Assembly: GCA_963730935.1 (NCBI GenBank)
Contig: CAVSTP010000004.1
Coordinates: forward strand, 1,757,091-1,821,090
Source of the DNA: an uncultured Nitrospiraceae bacterium
GTDB taxonomy: Bacteria > Nitrospirota > Nitrospiria > Nitrospirales > Nitrospiraceae
Reading direction: 5' to 3'
DNA length: 64,000 bases
The position numbers and the translations under genes were made by a program. This document shows positions 11,617 through 21,436 of the stretch, one piece after another. The notes beneath the pieces are model-generated. The model saw only the letters and a list, made by a program, of their open reading frames with translations, was not told the DNA's origin and did not search any database. Each line of letters starts with the position of its first letter. Within the stretch, counting starts at the first letter, position 1.

Positions 11617-11884
11617 ACTTGATCCTCCTCAATCACACTGGCGATGGCGCGACAGGCGCCGTGCCGTTCCAATTATTAAAGTCTGGCAGAGGCCATTGAT
11701 GTGGAGGGATCGTCAGGAGGCCAGTCCATCTGTCCCACTCCTCTGCCAGACAGCTCGTACGCGCAGAACGCTCCCGCAAAAACCGTCTAAAAGAGAGCAA
11801 GACCCGTTCCGATACCGTTCGGCGTTGGATGGGACAGTTTTATGGGGTTTTTGGATGATGGGTCTTGTGAGAACAACCCGGTGA

Positions 11885-11993
11885 TGGGGCACTGACGCCC
11901 CACCGGCATTGGAAACAACAGCAAACCGCTTGTACTGGCGAGTGATTGTGAGCGCTTGCGGCGACTGAAGACGAATGGGGCGTCTGCGCCCCA
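11885..11993. promoter_or_regulatory. two palindromes with identical arms TGGGGC-N6-GCCCCA (candidate enhancer sites)
   Basis: 11885-11902 and 11976-11993, upstream of the oxidase gene and next to an NtrC-type regulator. Confidence 0.55.
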
Positions 11994-12026
11994 CGAGATG
12001 GAAAGAGCAGAGAGGACCAACAAGAC

Positions 12027-13430
12027 TTAAAAGGCGCCGCGCAGTCCGTGCTTTTTCACCATGCGTTCGATCGTCTTTCGATCGACGCCGGCTTCGCGCG
12101 CCGCCCTGCTCATGTGTCCCTCATTGCGTTTCAGCAGATCCAGAAGGAAATTCCGCTCAAAGGCCTCGACGGCCTGCTGCTTGGCCTGTTTGAAGGAGCC
12201 CGATTCCGAGGAGGTCGAATCCTTGTCGGCCAGAGCTTGCAGTCGATCCGACAGGTGGGTGCTCATCACGGTGTGGCCGTCAACCAGCACGGCCGCTCGT
12301 TCCATCACATTCTGCAGTTCACGCACGTTGCCCGGCCAGCCATAGCGCATGAGCAGATCGGCGGCCGAGGGATCAATTGCGGGGACCGATCCGCTGTCCG
12401 TCTGGACCCGCTGGACGAACCGCGTCACGAATTCGTTCGCCAAGAGGAGAATATCGCCTTCCCTCGTACGAAGAGGTGGGAGCGACATGGAGATAACGTT
12501 GAGCCGATAGTAGAGATCTTCCCGGAAGGTGCCTTTCCGGCACAAGTCCTCGAGGTCCTGATTGGAGGCGCCGATAACCCGGACATCGACGTGAGTGAAC
12601 CGCGTTCCGCCGACCCGGCGCACCTGCCGTTCTTGAAGCACGCGCAAAAGCCTCGCTTGAAGATTCGGACTCATGCCGCTCACTTCGTCGAGAAACACGG
12701 TCCCGCCATGTGCGATCTCGAAGAGTCCCGGTTTGGCCGCGTGCGCTCCTGTAAAGGCCCCTTTCTCATGCCCGAACAATTCTGACTCTAACAGCGCGTC
12801 ATTCAGCGACACGCAATCGACCGGGATGAACGGCTGTTCGGCACGACGGCTCCGCGCATGGATGTACCGTGCCAGCATCTCCTTTCCGGTGCCGCTCTCG
12901 CCGTACACCAGCACGTTGGAGTCCGTCGGAGCCACGCGGTCGGCGAGTGCAAGCACCGCTTTCATCGGCGCGCTGCTTCCGACGATCTGGACGCCGCCGT
13001 CGAGCGTGGACGCCGACGGACGCGGCATCGACGCCGCCCGTGGCGTGCCATCACTGCCTGCTCCGGCAGCGAACGCGCGGCGCACCACATGGATCAATTC
13101 CTCGCTCGTGAACGGCTTCGTGATGTAGTCGAAGGCACCGTATCGCATGGAGGTGACGGCGGTCTCGATCGTCGCATGGGCGGTGACCAGCACGACCTGC
13201 ACGGCAGGATCCAGGCGCTTCGCAGCGGTCAACACCTCGATGCCGTCCATTTTGGGCATGCGGAGATCGGTCAACACGAGCCCAGGATGCTCGCGTTCGA
13301 GCAGTGCCAAGGCCTGACCCGGATTGGACGTTCCAATGCACTCGTACGGCACCCGACTCAGGATCCGTCTGCAATTCTCTAACGCATCCTCTTCGTCGTC
13401 CACGATCAGGATTTTGCCTGCGATTCCCAC
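12027..13430 (-). CDS. sigma-54-dependent response regulator (NtrC/AtoC family)
   Basis: REC domain, GESGTGKE, ESELFGHEKGAFTGA, WPGNVRELQN, Fis-type HTH. Confidence 0.95.
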   Translation of the reverse strand: MGIAGKILIVDDEEDALENCRRILSRVPYECIGTSNPGQALALLEREHPGLVLTDLRMPKMDGIEVLTAAKRLDPAVQVVLVTAHATIETAVTSMRYGAFDYITKPFTSEELIHVVRRAFAAGAGSDGTPRAASMPRPSASTLDGGVQIVGSSAPMKAVLALADRVAPTDSNVLVYGESGTGKEMLARYIHARSRRAEQPFIPVDCVSLNDALLESELFGHEKGAFTGAHAAKPGLFEIAHGGTVFLDEVSGMSPNLQARLLRVLQERQVRRVGGTRFTHVDVRVIGASNQDLEDLCRKGTFREDLYYRLNVISMSLPPLRTREGDILLLANEFVTRFVQRVQTDSGSVPAIDPSAADLLMRYGWPGNVRELQNVMERAAVLVDGHTVMSTHLSDRLQALADKDSTSSESGSFKQAKQQAVEAFERNFLLDLLKRNEGHMSRAAREAGVDRKTIERMVKKHGLRGAF

Positions 13431-15472
13431 GATGTCCCTCTCGCAGCGGTCACGAAGCGTCCGACGGTCGGCAACACGACGGTGAAGATCGCTCCGCTCT
13501 CCCCGTTGTTGACTTCGATGCGTCCACGATGGTCCGAGACAATGCCGTATGTGAGAAACAGTCCGAGTCCCGTGCCCTGTCCGGCAGGTTTGGTACTGAA
13601 GAAGGGATCGAACACACGGTCGATATTGGAACTCGGTATTCCGGGACCGTTATCCGCCACACGAATTTCCACCCACGACTGCCCTTCCATCTCGATGACA
13701 GACGTCTGCACGGCAACCAAGCCGGCATTACTACGCGCACTGACCGCGTCGATGCCGTTATTGATGAGATTGAGCAAGACCGTTTCCAGCCGGTCTCGGT
13801 CACCCATAATGGGCGGCAATGACGCAGCCAGCGTGGACTCCAGCCGCACCGAGAGGGCGGAGGTCCGTTCGCCCGCCATGGAGAGACAACTACGCACGAC
13901 ACTGTTCATCTCGACTGGCTTGAGTGTGGAGACGGTGCCCCGGGAGAACGTCAAAATGCTTTTGGTCACCCGTGAGATGCGTTCGGCGTGCGAACGAATC
14001 GTCATCAAATCCCGGCGCAGCTCCGCAGACATCGGCAACCGCACCGCATCGTCTTCCATGCATTCAATGCGATTGAGAATGATGCCCAAGGGGTTATTGA
14101 TCTCATGGGCGATGCCGCTGGCTACTTTCCCCAATGTGGCCAGCCGCTCGGCCAATTCCAGGCTCTGCATGTGCTTCGTGATCTCCTGCGTTTTCTCTTC
14201 GACGCGGCGCGCCAGATCGCGATTCAACCCTTCGAGCTCAGCCCGAGACGCCTTCAATCGATCGGCCATGCGATGCACGGCCGCCGACAGACTCTCGAAC
14301 TCGTCACCCGTCTTGATATTAATCGGCTCATCGTACGTGCCCTGACTGATCGCCTCGACTCCGCTCTGTAAGAGCTGAATCGGCCGCGCGATCCTGGCCG
14401 CCACATAGCGGCCCATGGCCCATAGCAGAACCAGCATCACTACGCCGATCGCCGCCAGATTTCTCACCTGATCGTGGATCGGCGCATAGCTTTCACCCGG
14501 CTGCTGCCTGACAAAGATGTGCCACGTATTATCCGGGAGCTTGAGCCCGTTGACGGGCGCGTAGCCCACAACCGTATCGGACGCCCCATGACCGTCGTCT
14601 TCCGCGATGGCCCATCCCGGATCGGATGACACGATCATCGCCATGAGCTGACTGGGAATGCGATGCGCCTCACGGGCGAGTATCGGACAGACCAGAGGCT
14701 GTCCGGCCGCATTGAACAGCATCGCGTGGCCGGTCTGTCCGATCTTGATCTGTGCGATCATCGCAAACAGGCCGTCGAAGCGATAGGAGGCGACCACGGC
14801 ACCGATCACATTCTGTTGCCGGTCGTCCAGAATCGGCACCGCGATGTCCAACGTTTCATCCGATGCTTTGAAGGCGCCTTCTTCTGCGGGAATCAGCCCG
14901 CTCAGATAGACCTCTTCACCGCTGTTCCGAATGGCCTTCCACCACATCTCATCCCCAAAATAATAACGGTCAGGCTCGGAACTCGCCGCCACTAGCGCTC
15001 CGTGTTGGTCCACAATGAAGAGTCCGATGACCTTGTCGCCGTCTCGGACCTTGGTTTCGAAAAGGAATCGTGAGAGCTCGGCATTCAGCAAGGCCTGTGC
15101 ATGCTCACTGCCCTCGCTCCAGAGCTGCATGCGGGCCTTGATCAGGTGGGCCGCCTTTTCCTTGTCGGGCGGATAGGCGGAATTGGCGATTTCGACCGGC
15201 AGGCGCACACGCAAAGGCGCAGAGCCCAGCAGCCGGACGTTCCGCACCTCGCCTTGCACGAGCATCGTGACCTCATCGGCCGCCTGAACGGCGACGGCCT
15301 GGAGATTTCCTCCAATGACATCGCGCAGCGATCGCATTCCGGAGACATAGGCCAGCACCAAACCGATCACCAGCGGAATACACCCCACCAGGACGATGGC
15401 CCAGACGATTCGTCCACGAATGGTTCGGATTTTCACGTTGGTCCCCATTATTTGCCGCGTCATTGTACGCAA
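13406..15472 (-). CDS. sensor histidine kinase (Cache, HAMP, HisKA, HATPase)
   Basis: Two TM segments, AHEINNPL H-box, DNGPGI, PFFSTK, GTGLGL. Confidence 0.93.
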   Translation of the reverse strand: MRTMTRQIMGTNVKIRTIRGRIVWAIVLVGCIPLVIGLVLAYVSGMRSLRDVIGGNLQAVAVQAADEVTMLVQGEVRNVRLLGSAPLRVRLPVEIANSAYPPDKEKAAHLIKARMQLWSEGSEHAQALLNAELSRFLFETKVRDGDKVIGLFIVDQHGALVAASSEPDRYYFGDEMWWKAIRNSGEEVYLSGLIPAEEGAFKASDETLDIAVPILDDRQQNVIGAVVASYRFDGLFAMIAQIKIGQTGHAMLFNAAGQPLVCPILAREAHRIPSQLMAMIVSSDPGWAIAEDDGHGASDTVVGYAPVNGLKLPDNTWHIFVRQQPGESYAPIHDQVRNLAAIGVVMLVLLWAMGRYVAARIARPIQLLQSGVEAISQGTYDEPINIKTGDEFESLSAAVHRMADRLKASRAELEGLNRDLARRVEEKTQEITKHMQSLELAERLATLGKVASGIAHEINNPLGIILNRIECMEDDAVRLPMSAELRRDLMTIRSHAERISRVTKSILTFSRGTVSTLKPVEMNSVVRSCLSMAGERTSALSVRLESTLAASLPPIMGDRDRLETVLLNLINNGIDAVSARSNAGLVAVQTSVIEMEGQSWVEIRVADNGPGIPSSNIDRVFDPFFSTKPAGQGTGLGLFLTYGIVSDHRGRIEVNNGESGAIFTVVLPTVGRFVTAARGTSWESQAKS

Positions 15473-16009
15473 CAGACACGTGAAAACTCTAGGCCTGCAT
15501 AAAATCGTCGGTTTCGAAGGAAGTACAGAAGAGGTGGCGAGGTTTTCAAGGCACCGCGAGCAGTGAAGACAATAACAAAATTGGTGTCGTCCGATTTAGG
15601 ACAAGTAGCAAACGTGACTGCTTTCTGCTGACAAATCCAAGAAAGGCAACTGTCCGACGTCGATTGGTTCAATTGGGAAGACAGTCAACCCACACCAAGC
15701 GGTTTCTACATTCATCCGCGCTATCATGTACTTCATTACTTCGCAGGGTGCAGGTCAATGACACTGCCTGCTTCGTTGACTTCTGCCGTTACGAGAGCTC
15801 CGTCTAGGACCAGTGTCAAGGGGAGATGGAGGGCAAGAATACAGAGTCTGCCTGGAGTGGACCTAGGTGTGATCAAGTTGGCAGGACAGAGGGGAGAGCT
15901 TTTTGCCGTATCAATTTCACTGAAGCCACAGCCCGCTGAACGGCATCGTCCAGTTGCTCAGCCGAAGTACTTTGTTTCACCAACCAATCCAACAACGCGG
16001 GCGGCGGCA

Positions 16010-16119
16010 GGATCTACGTAGTTCTACTGGCATCCCCAAGGGGAATTGAGGGTTTTATTAAAGGCTTTTCAGGTCCTTGAGCCATCCCTTCTTTTGCAGG
16101 GATAGTGCTGGCGGCTTGA
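16010..16119 (+). repeat. att-like core (tRNA-Glu 3'-end-like) with degenerate tail ending LAA*
   Basis: GGATCTACGTAGTTCTACTGGCATCCCCAAGGGGA, direct repeat of 19235 and 21041; downstream reads SFAGIVLAA* (shifted frame). Confidence 0.8.
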
Positions 16120-16138
16120 GCCAAGGCCACACACGCCG

Positions 16139-16717
16139 TTAGCAGGAGCCCGGTCGGCGCTCCTCGAACTCGACCACTCCTCGTCTTCGATCGAGTTCAA
16201 TCAGGCAACACTCATTCAACATTTTGCGAAGCTGCTGGCGTCCGCGTTGTACTCGGGACTTCATGCCGGGGACCGAAAGGCCAAGCTCGCTAGCCGCTTC
16301 TTGGTTGGTCAGCCCTTCCAATTCCACGAGTCTAATCGCCTCTCGATAGTCAGCCGACAAGCGGTCAATCATTGGCCGAAGACAGTTGGAAAGTTCGTAC
16401 TTAGCTTCATTTTCGTCCTCTTCAACGGCCAGTGCCTGCTTATCTTCCTCAATCTCTGTCGCCAGACCGACTGGCAATTCTCTCTTCCGCTCTGGTGAGC
16501 GGTAATGATCGATGATGGCATTGCGAGTGATTTGAAAAACCCACGATATCATGCGATCAGGGTCCTTAAGGCGATCGATATGCTGATGAACACGCAAAAA
16601 GACCTCTTGCAACAAATCATCCGTTTCCGCCGCATTGTGCGTGCGTTTAGCTATGAAGGCTCGGAGACCATCATGGAGCTGTTCCCACATACTGGACGTG
16701 GTGTTTTCCATTTTCAT
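16139..16717 (-). CDS. sigZ: ECF RNA polymerase sigma factor SigZ family
   Basis: DDLLQEVFLRV, WVFQITRNAIIDHYR, KSRVQRGRQQL...ECC; SigZ-like genes commonly sit beside ars genes. Confidence 0.8.
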   Translation of the reverse strand: MKMENTTSSMWEQLHDGLRAFIAKRTHNAAETDDLLQEVFLRVHQHIDRLKDPDRMISWVFQITRNAIIDHYRSPERKRELPVGLATEIEEDKQALAVEEDENEAKYELSNCLRPMIDRLSADYREAIRLVELEGLTNQEAASELGLSVPGMKSRVQRGRQQLRKMLNECCLIELDRRRGVVEFEERRPGSC

Positions 16718-16769
16718 CTCCAGTCGGTAGCGCCGGCTGCGCACTAAGACGCAGCCGCTCTAAGCTACT

Positions 16770-17255
16770 CTACTCCTTGGACGTTGAACAGGTGGGAAGG
16801 CCTTTGGCAGCTCTATTGGGGATGCAGCACCCCGTGCTTGACAGAGGTCCCTCCACCGGAAGCTGCTCATGCACTGTGAAGACTTCCCACGCGTTGCCAT
16901 CTGGATCAGAAAACCAGAGTTTATCCTGGCGAGCAAAGCAACAGGCGGTGTTCTCCTCCACCCGTTCCAGGATGCCTTGTGTCTGCAGACGATCTTTCCA
17001 CATGGCAATTTCGTCAACGGCTTCGACTTCGATCCCCAAGTGGTCGACAGAGCTGAGTCGCCCGGTCGAGGAGACCAAGGAGAAGTTTAAGGCGGGCTGG
17101 GTCAAATTGAACTTGGCATAATCCTCTGTCTGCTTCTGCGGTGCTACCCCAAACACTTCTTGATAGAACGCAACTGATGCCGGAACACTGCGCACGTCGA
17201 GCGAAAGATGTGGTCTCACGGCGCTCTCCCTTCCTTGACCTTGAGAAGGCCCCAT
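16770..17255 (-). CDS. ArsI/CadI family glyoxalase-like metalloenzyme
   Basis: DHLGIEV, TACCFARQDKLWFSDPDGNAWEVF. Confidence 0.85.
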   Translation of the reverse strand: MGPSQGQGRESAVRPHLSLDVRSVPASVAFYQEVFGVAPQKQTEDYAKFNLTQPALNFSLVSSTGRLSSVDHLGIEVEAVDEIAMWKDRLQTQGILERVEENTACCFARQDKLWFSDPDGNAWEVFTVHEQLPVEGPLSSTGCCIPNRAAKGLPTCSTSKE

Positions 17256-17307
17256 TACCTTCTTACTGTCATAGACGAGTCATCTAGGAAAGGGATGCAC
17301 CGCAGGC

Positions 17308-17337
17308 TTGACATATCAACATTTGTTGATTTATCTT
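17308..17337 (+). promoter_or_regulatory. sigma70 promoter overlapping an ArsR operator
   Basis: TTGACA 17308, palindrome ATCAACA-TT-TGTTGAT 17315-17330, TATCTT 17332. Confidence 0.7.
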
Positions 17338-17344
17338 AGCGGAC

Positions 17345-17665
17345 ATGGTGGCAGCAGTCGCCTCTCGCATTAAAGCCAGCGCTGTATTTCACGCGTTATC
17401 GGATCCCACCCGCCTAGAGCTCGTCAATCGTCTCGTTGCCGGAGAGCAGTGTGTCTGCGAATTGACAGATGCATTAAAGACCGGCCAATCCCGACTTTCT
17501 TTTCATCTGAAGGTCTTAAAGGAGTCTGGTCTTATTCTGGATCGTCGAGAGGGACGGTGGATGTATTATGCCCTCAACGAGGAAGCCTTTGAAGAACTCG
17601 AAGAATTGATTCGCACCTTAAAGAAAGGGGCATTGTTGGGTCAGTCGGCCAGACGTCGCTGTTAG
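17345..17665 (+). CDS. arsR: ArsR/SmtB repressor
   Basis: FHALSDPTRL, EQCVCEL, QSRLSFHLKVL. Confidence 0.92.
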   Translation: MVAAVASRIKASAVFHALSDPTRLELVNRLVAGEQCVCELTDALKTGQSRLSFHLKVLKESGLILDRREGRWMYYALNEEAFEELEELIRTLKKGALLGQSARRRC

Positions 17666-17680
17666 TTTTTTTTCCTTCAA

Positions 17681-17702
17681 TGCATCAACAATTGTTGATG
17701 CA
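17681..17702. promoter_or_regulatory. second ArsR operator
   Basis: Perfect 22-bp palindrome TGCATCAACAATTGTTGATGCA with the same core as 17315. Confidence 0.7.
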
Positions 17703-17716
17703 ACAGGTCAAAAGGG

Positions 17717-18817
17717 ATGCTCATGGAACTGGCATTCGAGACATCGATCCCTGTTGTGGCGAAAAAACGGCTCAATCTATTTGAACGATATCTGACCGCA
17801 TGGGTCGGTTTGTGTATGGTCATTGGCGTATTGTTGGGCCGGTGGTTCCCCAACCTGGTCGCCACGATGCGCAGCTGGGAGTTCGAGGAAGGAAGCCACA
17901 TTAACCTGCCGATCGCGGTACTCATCTGGCTCATGATCATCCCCATGATGATGAAAGTCGACATGACTGCTCTTCGGCAGGTTGGGCGGAAACCGACGGG
18001 GCTGCTTATCACGCTCGTTGTGAACTGGTTGGTTAAACCGTTTTCCATGGCATTCCTTGCCTGGCTCTTTTTTCGATATGTATTTTCAGCGTGGATTATG
18101 CCTTCCGAGGCCGATCAATACATCGCCGGATGCATCATTTTGGCGGCAGCTCCTTGCACAGCAATGGTATTTGTGTGGAGCTATCTTACCGATGGTGATC
18201 CCGCCTACACCCTCGTCCAAGTCACGGTCAATGATCTCATCATGCTGGTTCTCTTCGCGCCGATTATTGGATTCCTCGTCAGTGGAGCGTCTTCGCTCAC
18301 CGTACCCTTCGACGTGATGTTTTACTCGGTCATTGCCTTCATCGTGATTCCTCTCACAATAGGCACAGGCTTACGGGCCTGGGTCATCAAACGCCATGGC
18401 AAGGCCTGGTATGAGAAAGAATTCCTACCAAGGTTCGCCCCAGTCACGATCGTGGCGTTATTAGCCACGCTCGTTCTAATCTTTGCCTTTCAAGCAGACA
18501 ATCTCATCTCAAAAACGTGGCATGTGGCGCTGATAGCCATCCCCATTCTGCTACAGGTCTATGTGAATGCGTCACTGGCCTATTGGTTAATGTGGTGGCG
18601 ACGAGTGCCACACCCCGTGGCTGCTCCTGGCGCACTCATCGGTGCGAGCAACTTTTTTGAATTAGCAGTAGCAACCGCCATCGCGCTTTTTGGACCAGCG
18701 TCTGGCGCGGCCTTAGCGACCGTCGTCGGTGTCCTCGTCGAAGTACCTGTGATGCTGTCTGTGTGTGCCGTGTGTAATCGGACCAAAGAGTGGTTTCCAC
18801 CGGAAGTAACGCCATGA
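17717..18817 (+). CDS. acr3: Acr3 arsenite efflux transporter
   Basis: FERYLTAWV, NWLVKPFSM, AAPCTAMVFVWS, ASNFFELAVA, GVLVEVPVML. Confidence 0.95.
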   Translation: MLMELAFETSIPVVAKKRLNLFERYLTAWVGLCMVIGVLLGRWFPNLVATMRSWEFEEGSHINLPIAVLIWLMIIPMMMKVDMTALRQVGRKPTGLLITLVVNWLVKPFSMAFLAWLFFRYVFSAWIMPSEADQYIAGCIILAAAPCTAMVFVWSYLTDGDPAYTLVQVTVNDLIMLVLFAPIIGFLVSGASSLTVPFDVMFYSVIAFIVIPLTIGTGLRAWVIKRHGKAWYEKEFLPRFAPVTIVALLATLVLIFAFQADNLISKTWHVALIAIPILLQVYVNASLAYWLMWWRRVPHPVAAPGALIGASNFFELAVATAIALFGPASGAALATVVGVLVEVPVMLSVCAVCNRTKEWFPPEVTP

Positions 18818-19233
18818 AAAAGAAGGTACTGTTTCTCTGTACTGGCAATTCCTGCCGGAGCCAGATGTCAGAAGGATGGCTTCGGCGACTCGCCGGAGAT
18901 CAATTTGATGTTGTGAGTGCTGGTACACATCCTGTTGGGCTCAATCCGTATGCCGTTGCAGCTATGCAGGAAGTTGGTATCGATATTTCCAATCATGTCT
19001 CCGAACGGGTGGACCCGTATCTAGGCCAAGAATTTGATTATGTGATTACGGTGTGTGACCGTGCACAGGAAAACTGTCCGACCTTTCCTGGGGCTTCCAA
19101 AATGTTGCATTGGAGCTTTGAAGATCCGGCAAAGGCTACGGGTTCATACGAGCAGCAGATGATCGTCTTTAAGAACATCCGCGATGAAATCGAAGAACAA
19201 ATTCGGCGCTTTATTACAGAGATTGGGAGCTGA
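18814..19233 (+). CDS. arsC: thioredoxin-dependent arsenate reductase (LMW-PTP fold)
   Basis: FLCTGNSCRSQM, TVCD...CP, HWSFEDPA. Confidence 0.93.
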   Translation: MKKKVLFLCTGNSCRSQMSEGWLRRLAGDQFDVVSAGTHPVGLNPYAVAAMQEVGIDISNHVSERVDPYLGQEFDYVITVCDRAQENCPTFPGASKMLHWSFEDPAKATGSYEQQMIVFKNIRDEIEEQIRRFITEIGS

Positions 19234-19234
19234 C

Positions 19235-19270
19235 GGATCTACGTAGTTCTACCTGGTGCCCCCAACGGGA
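19235..19270 (+). repeat. att-like core repeat
   Basis: GGATCTACGTAGTTCTACCTGGTGCCCCCAACGGGA, 1 nt after the arsC stop. Confidence 0.85.
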
Positions 19271-19304
19271 ACAATCAAGCCACGGAGCACCCTCTTAGCT
19301 TCTG

Positions 19305-19523
19305 ATGCAGACACCCTCCTCACCCCCATCCCCGCATGTAACGAAGGAGCACGCCGTTAAGGCGCGAACCGCGCTCCTAGACCTCGTGGGCTGCATCATT
19401 GATCTACTAGCCAAGCATGACAAGACAACAGCAGATGCACTCCGTCGGTATGCGGACCAATTTGGGCGGCTAGAACAACTAGATCAAGAGGCGGGAATGC
19501 CGTCGCGATCCAAGGCGATATGA
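19305..19523 (+). CDS. hypothetical protein
   Basis: 72-aa ORF in tandem with the RidA gene; no motif recognised. Confidence 0.35.
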   Translation: MQTPSSPPSPHVTKEHAVKARTALLDLVGCIIDLLAKHDKTTADALRRYADQFGRLEQLDQEAGMPSRSKAI

Positions 19524-19550
19524 GCAAAGTCGCCGAAGAAAGGAGCAATT

Positions 19551-20042
19551 ATGAGCACCGCAAATCTCCAGCAACGGCGTCCCAGCGCCGAACAGCGATT
19601 GAAGGAACTTGGCATCGAGCTTCCGCCGCCTCCTGAGCCGTTTGGCATTTATGTGGAAGCTGTTCAGACAGGCCATCTGCTTTTTTTGACTGGGATGCTT
19701 CCGACGGCAGGCCGCGAGGCCAAATTCACTGGGCGCGTCGGCGCTGAGCTCGATACAGAAACGGGCCGCAAGGCGGCTCACCTCGCGGCGCTTAATGTCC
19801 TCACTGTCGCGCGGGAGCATCTGGGATCGCTCGACAAAGTGACCCGCATCGTCCGGCTTGGCGTTTTGGTGGCCACTTCGGGAGATGTTCGCGATCAGCC
19901 GAAAGTCGCTGACGCCGCTTCGGAATTGTTACAAGACGTCTTCGGAAACGAGAAGAACCCCTCCCGTCTGGTGTACGGCGTCGCAAGTCTTCCGCTAGGG
20001 GTCCCGGTCGAGCTGGAGGTCATCTTCGAGGTGACGGACTAA
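19551..20042 (+). CDS. RidA/YjgF family protein
   Basis: AEQRLKELGIELP, LLFLTGMLP, QPKVADAASELL, GVASLPLGVPVELE. Confidence 0.88.
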   Translation: MSTANLQQRRPSAEQRLKELGIELPPPPEPFGIYVEAVQTGHLLFLTGMLPTAGREAKFTGRVGAELDTETGRKAAHLAALNVLTVAREHLGSLDKVTRIVRLGVLVATSGDVRDQPKVADAASELLQDVFGNEKNPSRLVYGVASLPLGVPVELEVIFEVTD

Positions 20043-20304
20043 AGGCGCGGCGAGCAGCGTTGGCATCTCGCGAGCTGACAGGAAGTATTTTGAGCATTGA
20101 CAACCTCTGATCATCGACTTCTGAGGTCCAAATCCCTTGTTCGATTCTAGGTTTCTTGACATCTGAAAGAATTTGAACCGATCAGTGGCGGAGGACCGCG
20201 TGATGAGGCTTTCCCCCCGGACGTCAACGCTCCATTAACATTCAACGTCTGCAAGAATAATCTCTTTCCTTTGGCGGTCAGCCGCGCTGTGTCACCTTGT
20301 CTCA

Positions 20305-21033
20305 ATGATCCGATTAACCGGCAGACCCCTCACTAGAATTTTCCCTAGTTGGGAAAAACAAGTAGCCAGGATTAGATTCAAGAGTGTGAAGGAAAAGCAG
20401 CTCCTCAGTCTGCCTGGTCTGGCGGTTGGAGCCTGTCAGCCAACCAATCGTGTATTGATCCGTCTTAAGCCGTTCATGCTGGCAGTCATTCTTCTCCTAG
20501 GAGGACTTGTCGGATTCCCCGCACCTTTAAAGTCAGATTTGAAGAGCCCGCCCACGTACAGCAAACAGGAGATCCGCCGTGCCGTTACCGTCTACGCCAA
20601 GCTCTATCGTTTAGATCCCGCACTGCTGCGAGCCGTCATCAAGGTGGAGTCGAATTTTCGGCAGGATGCCATCTCGCGACGAGGGGCCGTGGGCCTCATG
20701 CAGCTTATGCCGCCAACGGCGGCTAGACTTCAGGTGGCTAACATCCATGATCCACTTCAAAATATCCAGGGAGGCGCGAAGCACTTACGGCATCTATTGG
20801 ATTTCTACAATGGAAATCTGCGGCTGGCACTCGCAGCGTATAATGCAGGGGCCCATCGGGTGAAGCGCGACGTACCGAGGATTCGGGAAACGAAGGTCTA
20901 CATCCAAAACGTGCTTGCGTACTATCACACTTACCACCGTCACCATGAGGTCTCAATCGAACATAATAAAAAAAGTGGACTGAAGGCCACCAAACAAATC
21001 AAAGCTGGCGCTCATGTTACAGCTCTCACTTGA
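20305..21033 (+). CDS. lytic transglycosylase (SLT domain)
   Basis: AVIKVESNF, GAVGLMQLMP, ALAAYNAG, ETKVY; start may be 20476. Confidence 0.9.
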   Translation: MIRLTGRPLTRIFPSWEKQVARIRFKSVKEKQLLSLPGLAVGACQPTNRVLIRLKPFMLAVILLLGGLVGFPAPLKSDLKSPPTYSKQEIRRAVTVYAKLYRLDPALLRAVIKVESNFRQDAISRRGAVGLMQLMPPTAARLQVANIHDPLQNIQGGAKHLRHLLDFYNGNLRLALAAYNAGAHRVKRDVPRIRETKVYIQNVLAYYHTYHRHHEVSIEHNKKSGLKATKQIKAGAHVTALT

Positions 21034-21040
21034 CTTTCTC

Positions 21041-21278
21041 GGATCTACGTAGTTCTACCTGGTGTCCCCAACGGGAATTGATGGCTTTTGTAAACGGCTT
21101 AATCTCTCCGGAGCATGTCCTTCAGAGGATTCGTGAACGCCGCCTGATCTGCGGTTTACGAAATTCCGCAAAGCCAACCTCAGACATCCTAACCCCACAA
21201 GAAACTTCACCAGAGGATGCAGCCGATATGGGGGCAGAGGGAGCTGATTTGTCCTGTCCTGGTAGCGGCGTGGTAGCA
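21041..21278 (+). repeat. compound repeat B: att core, tail ending AA*, 130-bp arm repeat
   Basis: Core 21041-21076; the GVPNG frame (with internal stops) ends SFRGFVNAA* at 21147; TGATCTGCGGTTTACGAAATTCC...GGTAGCGGCGTGGTAGCA 21145-21278. Confidence 0.85.
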
Positions 21279-21436
21279 GACCGAGACTGCGAGATTTGAA
21301 AACACTTGGGCCTCGAGACTATCGGGCGCGATCAGTTCAGACTCGCGGCAACATCCCGACCTTATTGACCCAAGTGTGTCTCATAATCCCCTCCTGTGGA
21401 GCGGGAACGAGCGAAGCATTCCCCAAGAAGCGTGTT

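Noticed and set aside
6119..15502. Long plus-strand ORFs opposite the oxidase and two-component genes
   Set aside because: Antisense shadows of GC-rich coding sequence with no recognisable motifs.
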